64,000 bases of DNA, taken from contig CAWCFX010000001.1 in the NCBI GenBank assembly GCA_963795085.1, forward strand, positions 256,001 to 320,000. The letters run 5' to 3'. Under the pieces are notes generated by a model that was given only the letters and a program-made list of their open reading frames with translations, did not search any database and had not been told where the DNA came from. This stretch comes from an uncultured Gemmatimonadales bacterium. Lineage in GTDB: Bacteria; Gemmatimonadota; Gemmatimonadetes; Gemmatimonadales; GWC2-71-9. Below are positions 52,014-62,034 of this stretch, piece by piece; the stretch's first letter is position 1, and every line of letters starts with the position of its first letter. Position numbers and translations under genes: made by a program.

Positions 52014-53057
52014 TCAGGGCAGGTAGGTGCCCCGGTGCACGTAGTTCGTTGCCAGCGCCGTCACGATGGTCGTCAGGGCCACGGTGACGGCGGTTTCGTC
52101 TCCCTCGGCGTAGCGCAGGCGCAGGGCGGCCGCCCGATCCGCCAGGTGGCGGATCAGGATCCGGGTTCGCTCCGGAAAGTGGCCCGTCCACCGGTACACG
52201 TTTCCCATCAACTCACCTTCCAGCCGGTGGAACAGGGCGGACGCCGGGCGGAACCTGGCGTTCGCATCGCGCTTGTGGCGCTGGTCCAGTTCGCCGAAAA
52301 TGGCGCGCAGGGATCCGTCCAGGCCGACGGGGAACTGCAGGTCCTGGCTGCCCAGGTGGCGGTAGAGGTCCTCGATGGAGTAGTCGATCTCGCCGACGTC
52401 CTCGTCGAGTTCCTCGTCGGTCACCACCGGGTCCTGCTCCTGGATCCGGGCGATGACCTGGTTTACGAACTGCAGCTTGGCCAGCGCCTCGGGCCAGTCG
52501 CCATACTCTTCAGCCCAATCGCTGCCCGGTTTCATCCACACGGCGAAGGTCTCCGCCCAGTCTTCGTCCGGGTGCTTCTGGGCGTACCACCCGGGCAGGT
52601 GCTGCACGAAGCGACGGCTGAACGGCTTCGGGGCGTACTCCTCGCGGTACGGCCGGGTGATCGGCCCGAACAGCCTGACCCACTCCGGATCCTCGAACAG
52701 CCGGTAGGCATAATTGACGACGTGCCCCATCTCGTGGCGCAGGTACTTGAGGATGTCCTGCGCGCTCATCCCTTCGACGTGGCCGAATCGCCGGGCATGC
52801 ATTTCGGTCAGCTCCGGCTTGGCCAGGTAGAAGGGAATCGCGATAGCCACGGTCTCGAACGGCACGCCCCACTCGGTACTCAGGTAGAACCGGGGCTTGA
52901 GCCGCTGAAATCCGCACCGGGCCAGCTCGGCTTCGAACTCCGCCAGGATGGGTTCGAGTCGGGTGCCCTTGATGGTGAGTCCCAGGTCCCGGATCGGCGT
53001 TGACCAGAGATGGGCCTCGCGCAGGCCGGCTTCCTCGGGGATGGGTGTCGCGCTCAT
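52014..53057 (-). CDS. Putative zinc metallopeptidase (Peptidase_Mx-like)
   Basis: LRHEMGH, YAQKHPDEDWAETF. Confidence 0.85.
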   Translation of the reverse strand: MSATPIPEEAGLREAHLWSTPIRDLGLTIKGTRLEPILAEFEAELARCGFQRLKPRFYLSTEWGVPFETVAIAIPFYLAKPELTEMHARRFGHVEGMSAQDILKYLRHEMGHVVNYAYRLFEDPEWVRLFGPITRPYREEYAPKPFSRRFVQHLPGWYAQKHPDEDWAETFAVWMKPGSDWAEEYGDWPEALAKLQFVNQVIARIQEQDPVVTDEELDEDVGEIDYSIEDLYRHLGSQDLQFPVGLDGSLRAIFGELDQRHKRDANARFRPASALFHRLEGELMGNVYRWTGHFPERTRILIRHLADRAAALRLRYAEGDETAVTVALTTIVTALATNYVHRGTYLP

Positions 53058-53137
53058 GGGACGTATTATATCTCGGTCTTCTCACACCTCTCTGTGATGA
53101 ACCCCTAACCCGGCCCCCGGGGCCGCACTAGGTCCGC

Positions 53138-54352
53138 TTGACAGCCGTGAACCCCCCGCGATACCCGAACCAGGGCGGCAGTCATATCCCCAAGACAGTC
53201 AAGGGGTTAAGCATTGTCAGCCTGTTCAATGACTTTGCCAGCGAGATGGTCTATCCGCTGTTGCCGGCCTTTATCACCAGGACCCTGGGAGGCAGCCCCG
53301 TCCTGCTCGGGTTACTCGATGGAGCCGCGGAGCTTACCGCCGCCCTGACCAAGCTGGTCAGCGGCCGGTTGGCGGACCGCCCGGGGTGGAAACGTCCGCT
53401 CATTCTGGGGGGATACCTGAGCGCGGTGCTCATCCGTCCCCTCATGGCCCTGACAGGGGCGGCCTGGCAGGTGGTGGGGTTCCGGGTCATCGACCGGGTC
53501 GGGAAGGGACTGCGGACGCCGGCGCGAGACGCACTGATCGCGGGTGTCACCCCGCCGGCAGTGCGAGGCCGTGCCTACGGATTCCACCGGGGAGCCGACC
53601 ATCTCGGCGCGGTCCTCGGTTCGGTGACGGCATGGGGGTTTCTTCAAGCCAACACGGACGTGCGCACCGTGCTGGCCTGGAGCCTTGCCCCGGGCCTGAT
53701 CGCGTTCCTGGTGCTGGTGTTCGTGCTCAAGAGGAAAGAGGTCGATGCCGCCGCGCCCCTGCCGCCAGCGGTGTCTGCGGCCCAGCCGGTGCCGCCCGCC
53801 ACCGGCTTCTGGGCCCCGGTGCTCGCACTGGCCGCCCTCACCTTTTTCCGGCTGCCCGAAGCCCTGCTGATTCTTCGATTGCAGGACCTCGGTGTTGCGG
53901 TGGTCGTGATTCCCCTGGTGTGGGCCGGGCTTCACGTGGTGCGTACCCTGGCCTCGTATCCCGGCGGGTGGCTGGCCGACCGGGTTGGGCCGAGGCTCAC
54001 CATCTTTGCCGGCGGCGCGCTGGCGGCGGCTGTCGCGTTTCTCCTGGGGATGAACCTCTCGCGGCCGGCCGCTATCGGCGCGTTCCTGGGTTTCGGCCTG
54101 ATCGCGGGACTGATGGAATCAGCGGAACGGTTGCTGGTGACGCGGCTCGCTCCGCTTCAAACCGGCCGCGGGTTTGGATACTATCACGCGGTCACCGGCC
54201 TCGCTGCCCTGCCGGCGGGACTTACGTTCGGCTGGGTCTACCAGGATTTCGGGGGAGGGGCGGCGCTGTGGGCATCCTCGGTTTGCCTTGGCATGGCGCT
54301 GGTGTTGTGGCTGGTGGTGAGCGGGGGGCGACGGCTGCACCCGGCGCCCTGA
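53138..54352 (+). CDS. MFS transporter
   Basis: SLFNDFASEM, SGRLADR, DRVGKGLRT, GWLADRVG. Confidence 0.92.
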   Translation: MTAVNPPRYPNQGGSHIPKTVKGLSIVSLFNDFASEMVYPLLPAFITRTLGGSPVLLGLLDGAAELTAALTKLVSGRLADRPGWKRPLILGGYLSAVLIRPLMALTGAAWQVVGFRVIDRVGKGLRTPARDALIAGVTPPAVRGRAYGFHRGADHLGAVLGSVTAWGFLQANTDVRTVLAWSLAPGLIAFLVLVFVLKRKEVDAAAPLPPAVSAAQPVPPATGFWAPVLALAALTFFRLPEALLILRLQDLGVAVVVIPLVWAGLHVVRTLASYPGGWLADRVGPRLTIFAGGALAAAVAFLLGMNLSRPAAIGAFLGFGLIAGLMESAERLLVTRLAPLQTGRGFGYYHAVTGLAALPAGLTFGWVYQDFGGGAALWASSVCLGMALVLWLVVSGGRRLHPAP

Positions 54353-54381
54353 GGCCTCCGCCCCCTATAGAGGGAATATCG
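54351..54381 (+). repeat. 31-bp dispersed repeat, copy 2
   Basis: GAGGCCTCCGCCCCCTATAGAGGGAATATCG, overlapping the MFS stop codon. Confidence 0.9.
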
Positions 54382-54500
54382 GGCGAGAACCCGGGACGGT
54401 GGTAACCGGTCTTACGCGTGCGTCAGCGGAATAGCGCGGGCATGAACTCAGCGGTATGTCCCGCGACCGCGGCCCTCTTGCCCTCTTGCCCCCTTCAGTT

Positions 54501-54583
54501 CCCCTGACCCCCTGACCCCCTGACCCCCTGACCCACCTGACCCACTGACCCACTGACCCACTGACCCACTGACCCACTGACCC
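54501..54583 (-). repeat. Tandem 8-mer repeats (GTCAGTGG)n and (GTCAGGGG)n on the minus strand
   Basis: CCCCTGAC and CCACTGAC units on the + strand, about 10 nt past the SGNH gene stop; same unit as 11001-11064. Confidence 0.9.
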
Positions 54584-54592
54584 TTGGCCCCC

Positions 54593-55216
54593 TTAGCCCC
54601 CGAGGGCCGCGCGTGCCTCCCCCAGGATTTCGCTTGTCCACAGCCGATACATCTCGCCCGATGGGTGCAGTCCATCTTCCGCGGTGAGACCGGGCTCCGT
54701 CTCCGCCAGCCGGGAGAGGAGAGTCACATCCACATATCGCACCCCGGCCTGGCCGGCTTCCTCCCGGTTCACCCGGTTAAAGCGATCGATCGCGGCGCCG
54801 ATCGCCCTGCGGTCCTGCCCCGCGGCGAAGGGGGTAACGCCCCAGTCGGGAATGGAAATGACTACGACCCGACGGGGGCGTCTACCAGCCAATCCCACGG
54901 CCCGGTCGAGCAGCCGCTTGAACTCCTCGCGGTAGTTGCCCTCGTCCCGCCCGCGATACTGGTTGTTGACGCCGATGAGAAGCGTGACCAGGTCGAAGGG
55001 GCCCTGGGGTGCCTCCTCGACAATGGCCGTCTCCAGCTCGTCGGTCGTCCAGCCGGTCCGGGCGATGATGGTGACGGAGTCCAGCGGTATCCCCTCTCTC
55101 CTCAACCCGATGGCCAGCTGGGCCGGCCAGCGCTCGCCGGGGCTGACGCTCTCGCCCACTGTGTAGGAATCGCCCAGCGCGAGCAGCTGGAACACCAGTC
55201 CGGCCGTCAACAGCAC
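54593..55216 (-). CDS. SGNH/GDSL hydrolase
   Basis: ALGDSYT, GWTT, IGVNNQ, DGLHP. Confidence 0.92.
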   Translation of the reverse strand: MLLTAGLVFQLLALGDSYTVGESVSPGERWPAQLAIGLRREGIPLDSVTIIARTGWTTDELETAIVEEAPQGPFDLVTLLIGVNNQYRGRDEGNYREEFKRLLDRAVGLAGRRPRRVVVISIPDWGVTPFAAGQDRRAIGAAIDRFNRVNREEAGQAGVRYVDVTLLSRLAETEPGLTAEDGLHPSGEMYRLWTSEILGEARAALGG

Positions 55217-55377
55217 CGGCTGCCGGCGCCCGAGTACCGCGTCTCCAGGTACCGGTCATAGAACTCCCGCTCGGTGAGGGGGGGCCGGTCGGCGTGGTAC
55301 GTCCGCGCGTGCGCGAGGTAGCGCTGGTAGTCCGGCATTCCGCTGATGCGCCGGATCAAGGTGAGCAGTTGCCTCAA
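55207..55377 (-). CDS. YbdD/YjiX (DUF466) family small protein, 56 aa
   Basis: TTG start after AGGAG; MRQLLTLIRRISGMPDYQRYLAH...PLTEREFY...RCC; directly downstream of cstA; missing from the ORF track. Confidence 0.88.
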   Translation of the reverse strand: MRQLLTLIRRISGMPDYQRYLAHARTYHADRPPLTEREFYDRYLETRYSGAGSRCC

Positions 55378-55393
55378 GATTTTGCTCCTGTCG

Positions 55394-57427
55394 CTAGGCC
55401 GTGAGCGCCGATTCCACGAAGGGGGCTTCGGAGGTGACGGCTGGTTTCTTCCGGGCGAGCACCAGGTACCATTCCCGGACCGACATGATCACTACCAGGA
55501 CAACGACAATCATGAACGCCCCGGCGACCACCGCGTCCAGCCGGTCGTTGAAAATGAGCCGGGCGCCCCGGGCCGATTCCATGGTACCCAGGGCGACCTG
55601 GTCCCGTACCCAGGCGGCGTGAGAGAGAAAACCCAGCTTGGGCTCGGGCGAGAAGATCTTCTGGTACCCGGCGGTGAGGGTCACGATGAGCAGCCAGGCC
55701 AGCGGGACCACCGTGACCCACGCGAAGCGCGCCTTTCCGCTCTTGATCAGGATCGTGGTTCCCACGCAGAGCGCGATGCCGGCCAGGAGCTGGTTGCTGA
55801 TGCCGAACAGGGGCCAGAGCGAATTGATCCCTCCGAGCGGGTCCAGGACGCCCTGCACCAGGAAGAATCCCCATCCCGCCACGACCAGGGCCGAGGTGAT
55901 GATGATGCTGGGATACCACGATGTGCGGCCCAGCGGCGCCCAGAGGTGACTCCCCAGTTCCTGGAGCATGAAGCGGCCGACCCGGGTGCCCGTGTCCACG
56001 GTGGTCAGGATGAACAGCGCCTCGAACATGATGGCGAAATGGTACCAGAGGGCCATCATACTCGGTCCGAACACCCCGCTGAAGATCTGGGCCATGCCCA
56101 CGGCGAGCGAGGGCGCCCCCCCGGTGCGGGCCAGGAGCGAGGACTCGCCGACCGACGCCGCCAGGGCCTCCATCTGGCCGGGGGTCACCACGAACCCCCA
56201 CTGCCGGATCGTCTCGGCGGCAGCGTCCAGGCTGCCGCCCAGCACCGCGAGGGGCGCGTTGATGGCGAAGTACACTCCCGGGTCGAGCACCGCCGCCGCC
56301 GTCATGGCCATCACCGCTACGAAGGATTCCATCAGCATGCCCCCGTAGCCGATCACCCGGGCGTCTTCTTCCCGGCGCAGCATCTTCGGGGTGGTCCCGG
56401 AAGCCACCAGCGCGTGGAACCCGCTGATCGCCCCGCAGGCGATAGTAATGAATGCAAAGGGAAAGAGCTTCCCGGCGAAGACCGGACCGGTTCCATCAAT
56501 GAACGGGGTCAGCGCCGGCAGCTTGAGCGGTGGCAGGATCACCAGGATACCCACCGCCAGCAGCAGGATGGTCCCTATTTTCATGAAAGTGGACAGGTAG
56601 TCCCGGGGACAGAGCAGCATCCAGACCGGCAGGACACTCGCCACGAAACCGTAGGCGATCATCCAGCCCGCGATCTCGGTCCCGCTCAGCGTGAAGACCG
56701 GGCCCAGCACCGGGGACTCGGCCACGTACCGCCCGGCCACCAGCGCCACCAGCAGCATGACGACGCCAAAGGCCGATGCTTCGATAGTCTTTCCCGGGCG
56801 CCACACCTTCATCCAGAACCCCATCAGGATGGCGATGGGAATGGTGCAGGCAATGGTAAACACGCCCCAGGCGCTGTCACGCAGCGCGTTGACCACGACC
56901 AGGGCCAGCACCGCGAGCAGGATGATCATGATGGCAAGCACCGCCGCCATCGTGAGCAGGCCGGTGACCGGGCCGATCTCCTCCTTGGCCATCTGCCCCA
57001 GCGATTTCCCGTCCCGGCGCATCGAGGCGAACAGGATCACGAAGTCCTGTACCGCGCCGCCCAGCACCACGCCGAACACGATCCAGAGGGTGCCCGGGAG
57101 GTAGCCGAACTGGGCGGCGAGGACGGGACCGACCAGCGGTCCGGCCCCGGCGATGGCGGCGAAGTGGTGGCCAAAAAGAACCCACCGGGTGGTGGGAACG
57201 AAATCGCAGCCGTTGTTGAGGCGCTCGGACGGTGTGGCCCGGCGGTTGTCGAGGCCGAGGACCCGGGTGGCGAGGAAGCGGCTGTAGAAGCGATAGGCCA
57301 CCAGGTAGGTGCCCACCGCGGCCAGCACCAGCCACGCGGCGCTGACCGATTCGCCCTGGTGTAACGCCAGGACGCCCCAGCCGGCGGCGCCGGCCAGTGC
57401 GATGAGAAACCAGAGGGTGCGGTGCAT
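55394..57427 (-). CDS. cstA: Carbon starvation protein A family peptide/pyruvate transporter
   Basis: FGHHFAAIAGAGPLVGP, ACGAISGFH, TGGAPSLAVG, LWPLFGISNQLL. Confidence 0.95.
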   Translation of the reverse strand: MHRTLWFLIALAGAAGWGVLALHQGESVSAAWLVLAAVGTYLVAYRFYSRFLATRVLGLDNRRATPSERLNNGCDFVPTTRWVLFGHHFAAIAGAGPLVGPVLAAQFGYLPGTLWIVFGVVLGGAVQDFVILFASMRRDGKSLGQMAKEEIGPVTGLLTMAAVLAIMIILLAVLALVVVNALRDSAWGVFTIACTIPIAILMGFWMKVWRPGKTIEASAFGVVMLLVALVAGRYVAESPVLGPVFTLSGTEIAGWMIAYGFVASVLPVWMLLCPRDYLSTFMKIGTILLLAVGILVILPPLKLPALTPFIDGTGPVFAGKLFPFAFITIACGAISGFHALVASGTTPKMLRREEDARVIGYGGMLMESFVAVMAMTAAAVLDPGVYFAINAPLAVLGGSLDAAAETIRQWGFVVTPGQMEALAASVGESSLLARTGGAPSLAVGMAQIFSGVFGPSMMALWYHFAIMFEALFILTTVDTGTRVGRFMLQELGSHLWAPLGRTSWYPSIIITSALVVAGWGFFLVQGVLDPLGGINSLWPLFGISNQLLAGIALCVGTTILIKSGKARFAWVTVVPLAWLLIVTLTAGYQKIFSPEPKLGFLSHAAWVRDQVALGTMESARGARLIFNDRLDAVVAGAFMIVVVLVVIMSVREWYLVLARKKPAVTSEAPFVESALTA

Positions 57428-57577
57428 AGGCCTGAATCTAGGAAGGGCGGAAGAAACAGGCCAGACAAATGGTCGAGCGGCCAGTGCTAAATGGCCAATG
57501 ATCAGACTCGCCCGGACCGACCCTGTGGGCCTGGCGGCCAACCTTGCCACCCCCGACCTGCCGCCGTACCTTGGCGC

Positions 57578-58438
57578 ATGCCCTACCACTCGAGCTACGG
57601 CTCCGAATCCGGTTGGATCCGGGAACGCCGGTCTTCCGGGGCCACCCTGGAGCAGCCCCAGCCGCAGCCCGTCGCCGCCGGATTTCGCGGCAAGGTCGCC
57701 GTCGTCACCGGGGGCGCCACCGGGCTGGGCCGGGCCATTGCCATGGAGTTCGGCCGGCTCGGCTGCCACGTCGCCTTCTGTTTCGTGGACTTGCCCGGCC
57801 GCGACGTCACCGAACAGGCGGTGCTCACCGAAACCGCGCTCACGGCCATGGGCGCCACGGTGCATGCCGCCCGGTGCGATGTCCGGGACCGGCACGCGGT
57901 CGAGCGGTTCGTCAGCGAAACCCGGGCCCGCCTTGGCGGCGTTCACTATCTCGTGAACAACGCGGGAATCGCGATGGATGGCGCGCTCTGGCGGCTGAGC
58001 GAATCCGCCTGGCGGGATGTGCTGGAGACCAACGTGACCGGGGCCTTCAACTGCATCCGCGCGGTCGCGCCGGCGTTTCGGGAACAGCACTGGGGCAAGA
58101 TCGTCAGCGTCAGCGCGCACCAGGCCGACCGGCCCGGCTTCGGCGTCGCCAACTATGCCGCGAGCAAGGCAGCGCTGGTCGGGCTGACCAAGGCGGCCGC
58201 GGTCGAGCTGGGCCCGGTGAACGTCAACGTCAACGCGGTGGCCCCCGGCTTCATCCGCACCGAGCGGATCACCCAACTCCCCAAGGAGATCCTGGAGCGG
58301 GCCCAGCGCACCAGCGTCCTGGGCCGGCTGGCCGAGACGGAGGATATCGCCCACGTGGTATCGTTCCTCTGTTCCGACGAAGCTCGCCACATTACCGGTC
58401 AGACGCTGGTCGTGGATGGAGGGCTCAGCCTGGAGTGA
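57578..58438 (+). CDS. SDR oxidoreductase (FabG-like)
   Basis: TGGATGLG, NNAG, YAASK, VAPGFI, ITGQTL.VDGG. Confidence 0.9.
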   Translation: MPYHSSYGSESGWIRERRSSGATLEQPQPQPVAAGFRGKVAVVTGGATGLGRAIAMEFGRLGCHVAFCFVDLPGRDVTEQAVLTETALTAMGATVHAARCDVRDRHAVERFVSETRARLGGVHYLVNNAGIAMDGALWRLSESAWRDVLETNVTGAFNCIRAVAPAFREQHWGKIVSVSAHQADRPGFGVANYAASKAALVGLTKAAAVELGPVNVNVNAVAPGFIRTERITQLPKEILERAQRTSVLGRLAETEDIAHVVSFLCSDEARHITGQTLVVDGGLSLE

Positions 58439-58484
58439 TCCACCCCCCACGATCCTTACGAAACCCCCTCTGCCGACACCGGGT

Positions 58485-60257
58485 TTGAGCCAGCGTCGCG
58501 CCTCCGCTCCCCGCCTGCTGATCGTCGGCCTCTGGTTCGGACTCCTCACCGGGTTCGCCGAAGTGCTGGCCATGGCTCTCAAGCTCTATGTCGTCGGGGA
58601 GTTTCTCACCCTGAGCCCCCACGCGGTCTGGATGGCACCCGTAGTGGACGCGATCCTGTTCGTCGGCATCACCGCGACTCTCCTCCTGGTGCGATCGCTT
58701 CTGCCCCGGTTCGGCGCGGCGGAAATCGCCGGCGTTCTCGTGTTCGCCGGGATGGTCGCGGTGCTGCTCCCCTTCCGGGGCCTTCATATCGCCGCCTCTC
58801 TCCTGATCGCCGCCGGCGTGGGCGTGCAGGCTGCCCGCCTGGTGCGGGGCCGGGAGACCGGACTGACCCGGATCGCCGCGCGCGGCGCCAGTGGCCTCCT
58901 GGTCGTCACCCTGGTCCTGGCGGTGACCATGCTGGTGCGGGAGCGGTCAGAGACGAGCGGGGAAACATCCGGACTGCCGGCCCCGGCGGGCGCGCCCAGC
59001 ATTCTCCTGGTTATCCTGGACACGGTCCGGGCCCGCAGCATGAGCCTCTACGGGTCGCCCCGCCCGACCACCCCGAAGCTGGCCGAGTTCGCCGCGCGGG
59101 GCCTGGTGTTCGAGAGAGCCATCGCGCCGGCGCCCTGGACCCTGCCCAGCCACGCCAGCATGTTCACCGGGCGGTATCCCACGGAGCTGGCCACCAACTG
59201 GAATACCCCGCTCGAAAAAGGTCCCGCCACTCTCGCCGAGGTGTTGTCGGAACGGGGATACGCCACCGCGGGGTTCGTCGCCAACTATCGCTATACCGGG
59301 TGGGAAACCGGCCTGGGTCGAGGCTTCCGCCATTACGATGACTATCGGATCACCGTGGGCGAGATGCTCCGAAGCGCCGCGCTTACGTCCGGTGTGCACA
59401 AGACCCTCGGGAGCCGGCTCGGCCTTCCCCCATTGCGTCCGCGGGTGGACGCGACCGACATCAACCGTCGTTTCCTCGACTGGCTGGACCGGCGCTCCGC
59501 GCCGGGACCGTTTTTCGTGTTCCTCAATTACCTCGACGCGCATGATCCGTATGACGCTTCCCCTGGATTCCAGGAAGCCTTCGCGCCTGGACCTCGGGAA
59601 GCCCGGCCCCGGGACGGCGTCCATGTGACCGAGCCGCAGGCTGGGCCGGAGCTCCGCCTGTACGAAGCGGCGATCGCCTACCTCGATTCCGCCGTCGGCG
59701 GGATGCTGGACGAACTGGAGCGGCGTGGAGAGCTGGCGAACACGCTGGTCGTGATCACCTCGGATCACGGGGAGGAATTCGCCGAGCACGGGATCATGGG
59801 GCATGCGGCCAGCCTGTACCGTCCCTCGGTTGAGGTGCCCCTGGTGCTCTGGTATCCCGCCCGCCTCGCGGCGGGACGGTTGCCGGGACCGGTCAGCCTG
59901 CGCAACCTGCCGGCCACCATCCTGGACCTGTCCGGCAGCGTCGAGCCGCGAATTCCGGGACGCTCCTGGCGGCGCCTCTGGGACGGCACCGCATCGGAGG
60001 GCGACACCGTGATATCCCACATCCGCAGGCTGATCAACCAGCCCGAGTGGTGGCCGGCCAGCCAGGGCGACATGATTTCGATGGTCGGCGGCGGCTATCG
60101 CTACATCCTGACGGAAGGGAGCGCCCGGGAGGAGCTGTTTGATTTTGAGGCTGACGTGGAGGAACGGCGGGAGCTCTCGGGAACGCCGGCGGACAGTATG
60201 CTTCCCGCGTTCCGCGCGGCGGTGCAAGCCTTCACTCGCTCGGCCCCACGCCATTAA
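58485..60257 (+). CDS. Membrane-anchored sulfatase-like hydrolase/transferase
   Basis: About 5 N-terminal TMs; LDTVRA, WTLPSHASMFTG, DAHDPY, TSDHGE; start uncertain (58416-58485). Confidence 0.85.
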   Translation: MSQRRASAPRLLIVGLWFGLLTGFAEVLAMALKLYVVGEFLTLSPHAVWMAPVVDAILFVGITATLLLVRSLLPRFGAAEIAGVLVFAGMVAVLLPFRGLHIAASLLIAAGVGVQAARLVRGRETGLTRIAARGASGLLVVTLVLAVTMLVRERSETSGETSGLPAPAGAPSILLVILDTVRARSMSLYGSPRPTTPKLAEFAARGLVFERAIAPAPWTLPSHASMFTGRYPTELATNWNTPLEKGPATLAEVLSERGYATAGFVANYRYTGWETGLGRGFRHYDDYRITVGEMLRSAALTSGVHKTLGSRLGLPPLRPRVDATDINRRFLDWLDRRSAPGPFFVFLNYLDAHDPYDASPGFQEAFAPGPREARPRDGVHVTEPQAGPELRLYEAAIAYLDSAVGGMLDELERRGELANTLVVITSDHGEEFAEHGIMGHAASLYRPSVEVPLVLWYPARLAAGRLPGPVSLRNLPATILDLSGSVEPRIPGRSWRRLWDGTASEGDTVISHIRRLINQPEWWPASQGDMISMVGGGYRYILTEGSAREELFDFEADVEERRELSGTPADSMLPAFRAAVQAFTRSAPRH

Positions 60258-60295
60258 GTTCGAGCACCCGCCGGGCCTTCGGCGGCCTGCCCCCA

Positions 60296-60326
60296 GAGGC
60301 CTCCGCCCCCTATAGAGGGAATATCG
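60296..60326 (+). repeat. 31-bp dispersed repeat, copy 3
   Basis: GAGGCCTCCGCCCCCTATAGAGGGAATATCG. Confidence 0.9.
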
Positions 60327-60343
60327 GTTCCCATGTCGCCATC

Positions 60344-61021
60344 GTGATAACCCAGATACTGCAGCACCGGGCTGAAAAACCGCGACGCTGGGCCGGGGTC
60401 CTTCTCCTTGCCATGCTGGCCGGATGCGGCCGCTCGGCGGCGGAAGGGGAGGGGAAAACACCGCCCCCGGTGCCCGACCGGGCTCTCTTCACCGCGCCCC
60501 TGGCCGGCGAGAAGGTCCCCGTCCTGCCGGTGAGCATGATCATCGTGAGCCCGCCGTTCAGTAGTGACCCGCTCTTCGCGCAGCGGCCCGCCGCGCTCCA
60601 GTGGGCCGATTCGCTGCTGCAGGTGGCCCTGGAAAACCGGGCGCCCGACATCAACTGGGTCTTTCCCGCCGACCTCCGGGCCATCGCCAAGCGGGCGCCG
60701 ACCGTGGCCCCCGATCCCGACAAGATGGGGCAGAGTGTCATGGCCGCGCCCCGGCTGGACTTCATGCCGGACCCGCTCCGCAGCTATGCCCGGAGCCTGG
60801 TCGCGATCGCGGGCGGCCGTCACTTGCTGATCCCCGCCGCCTTCGCGATCAACCCGGCGGCCGCGGGCGGCGTCAAGGCAGACCTCTCGATCGTGCTCAC
60901 CGATGTGCGGAATGGCCGGGTCGTCTGGCGCACCCTGGCCGTCGGCGAGGGCGCCACTCCGGCGGAAGCGGTGGCTGATGCGCTGGTCGGCATGATTCCC
61001 CTGCCCACCGGATCCGAATGA
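60344..61021 (+). CDS. Hypothetical lipoprotein
   Basis: Lipobox LAGC; C-terminal DVRNGRVVW; ATGA overlap with the next gene. Confidence 0.7.
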   Translation: MITQILQHRAEKPRRWAGVLLLAMLAGCGRSAAEGEGKTPPPVPDRALFTAPLAGEKVPVLPVSMIIVSPPFSSDPLFAQRPAALQWADSLLQVALENRAPDINWVFPADLRAIAKRAPTVAPDPDKMGQSVMAAPRLDFMPDPLRSYARSLVAIAGGRHLLIPAAFAINPAAAGGVKADLSIVLTDVRNGRVVWRTLAVGEGATPAEAVADALVGMIPLPTGSE

Positions 61022-62034
61022 CCCACCGGGTTACCCTGATTCCCGGCGACGGGATCGGCCCCGAGATCACGGCGGAAACCGTGAAGGTGCTGGAACGCAC
61101 CGGCCTCGCCTTCGACTGGGATGAGCAGATCGCCGGGATGACCGCCGTGGACGCCACCGGCACGCCGCTGCCCGACGCGACCCTGGACAGCATCCGGAAG
61201 ACCCGGCTGGCGCTCAAGGGGCCCCTGACGACCCCGGTTGGCACCGGCTTCCGCTCGGTCAACGTCGCCCTGCGGAAGGAGTTCGAACTCTTCGCCAACG
61301 TGCGGCCGGCCAAGTCCATCGTCCCGGGGGGGCGCTTCGAGGACGTGGATATCGTGATGATCCGGGAGAACCTGGAAGGGCTGTACGTCGGGGTGGAGCA
61401 CTTCGTCCAGGTCGGCGATGACCCCCGCGCGGTGGGGGAGTCGCTCGCCATCGTCACCCGGGCGGGGTGTGAGCGGATCGTCCGCTATGCCTTTGAGTAC
61501 GCGCTGCGGCGGGGACGGCGCAAGGTCACGATCGTGCACAAGGCGAACATCCTGAAGATGGTCAGCGGCCTCTTTCTCGAAGTCGGCCGGGCGGTCCAGC
61601 AGGAATATGCCGGCCGGATCGAGTCCAACGACATGATCGTGGATAATGCCGCCATGCAACTGGTGATTCGTCCCGAGCAGTTCGACGTCATGGTGACGAC
61701 CAACATGTTCGGCGACATCCTGAGCGACGAGATTTCCGGCCTGGTGGGCGGGCTCGGCCTGGCCCCGGGTGCCAACATCGGAACCCACGCGGCCATCTTC
61801 GAAGCGGTGCACGGCAGCGCACCCGATATCGCCGGCAAGGGAGTCGCGAACCCGTCGGCCCAGATGCTGGCCGCCGCCCTGATGCTCGATCATCTGGGCG
61901 AGGTCGAGTGGGGCAACCGGGTACGTCGCGCCATCGAGCGCACGATCGTGGACGACAACATCCGCACCCGCGACCTCGGCGGGAGCGCCAGCACCAGCGG
62001 GTTCGGCGATGCCGTTGTCCGCCGGCTTACCTGA
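61018..62034 (+). CDS. Isocitrate/isopropylmalate dehydrogenase family, probably NAD-dependent isocitrate dehydrogenase
   Basis: IPGDGIGPE, SVNVALRK, RENLEG, HKANILK, NMFGDILSD, EAVHGSAPDIAG. Confidence 0.9.
   Translation: MTHRVTLIPGDGIGPEITAETVKVLERTGLAFDWDEQIAGMTAVDATGTPLPDATLDSIRKTRLALKGPLTTPVGTGFRSVNVALRKEFELFANVRPAKSIVPGGRFEDVDIVMIRENLEGLYVGVEHFVQVGDDPRAVGESLAIVTRAGCERIVRYAFEYALRRGRRKVTIVHKANILKMVSGLFLEVGRAVQQEYAGRIESNDMIVDNAAMQLVIRPEQFDVMVTTNMFGDILSDEISGLVGGLGLAPGANIGTHAAIFEAVHGSAPDIAGKGVANPSAQMLAAALMLDHLGEVEWGNRVRRAIERTIVDDNIRTRDLGGSASTSGFGDAVVRRLT

Noticed and set aside
55207..55215. Selenocysteine read-through at TGA of the DUF466 gene
   Set aside because: Both terminal Cys are already encoded (RCC), matching the usual family end, and the TGA overlaps the next gene's start region
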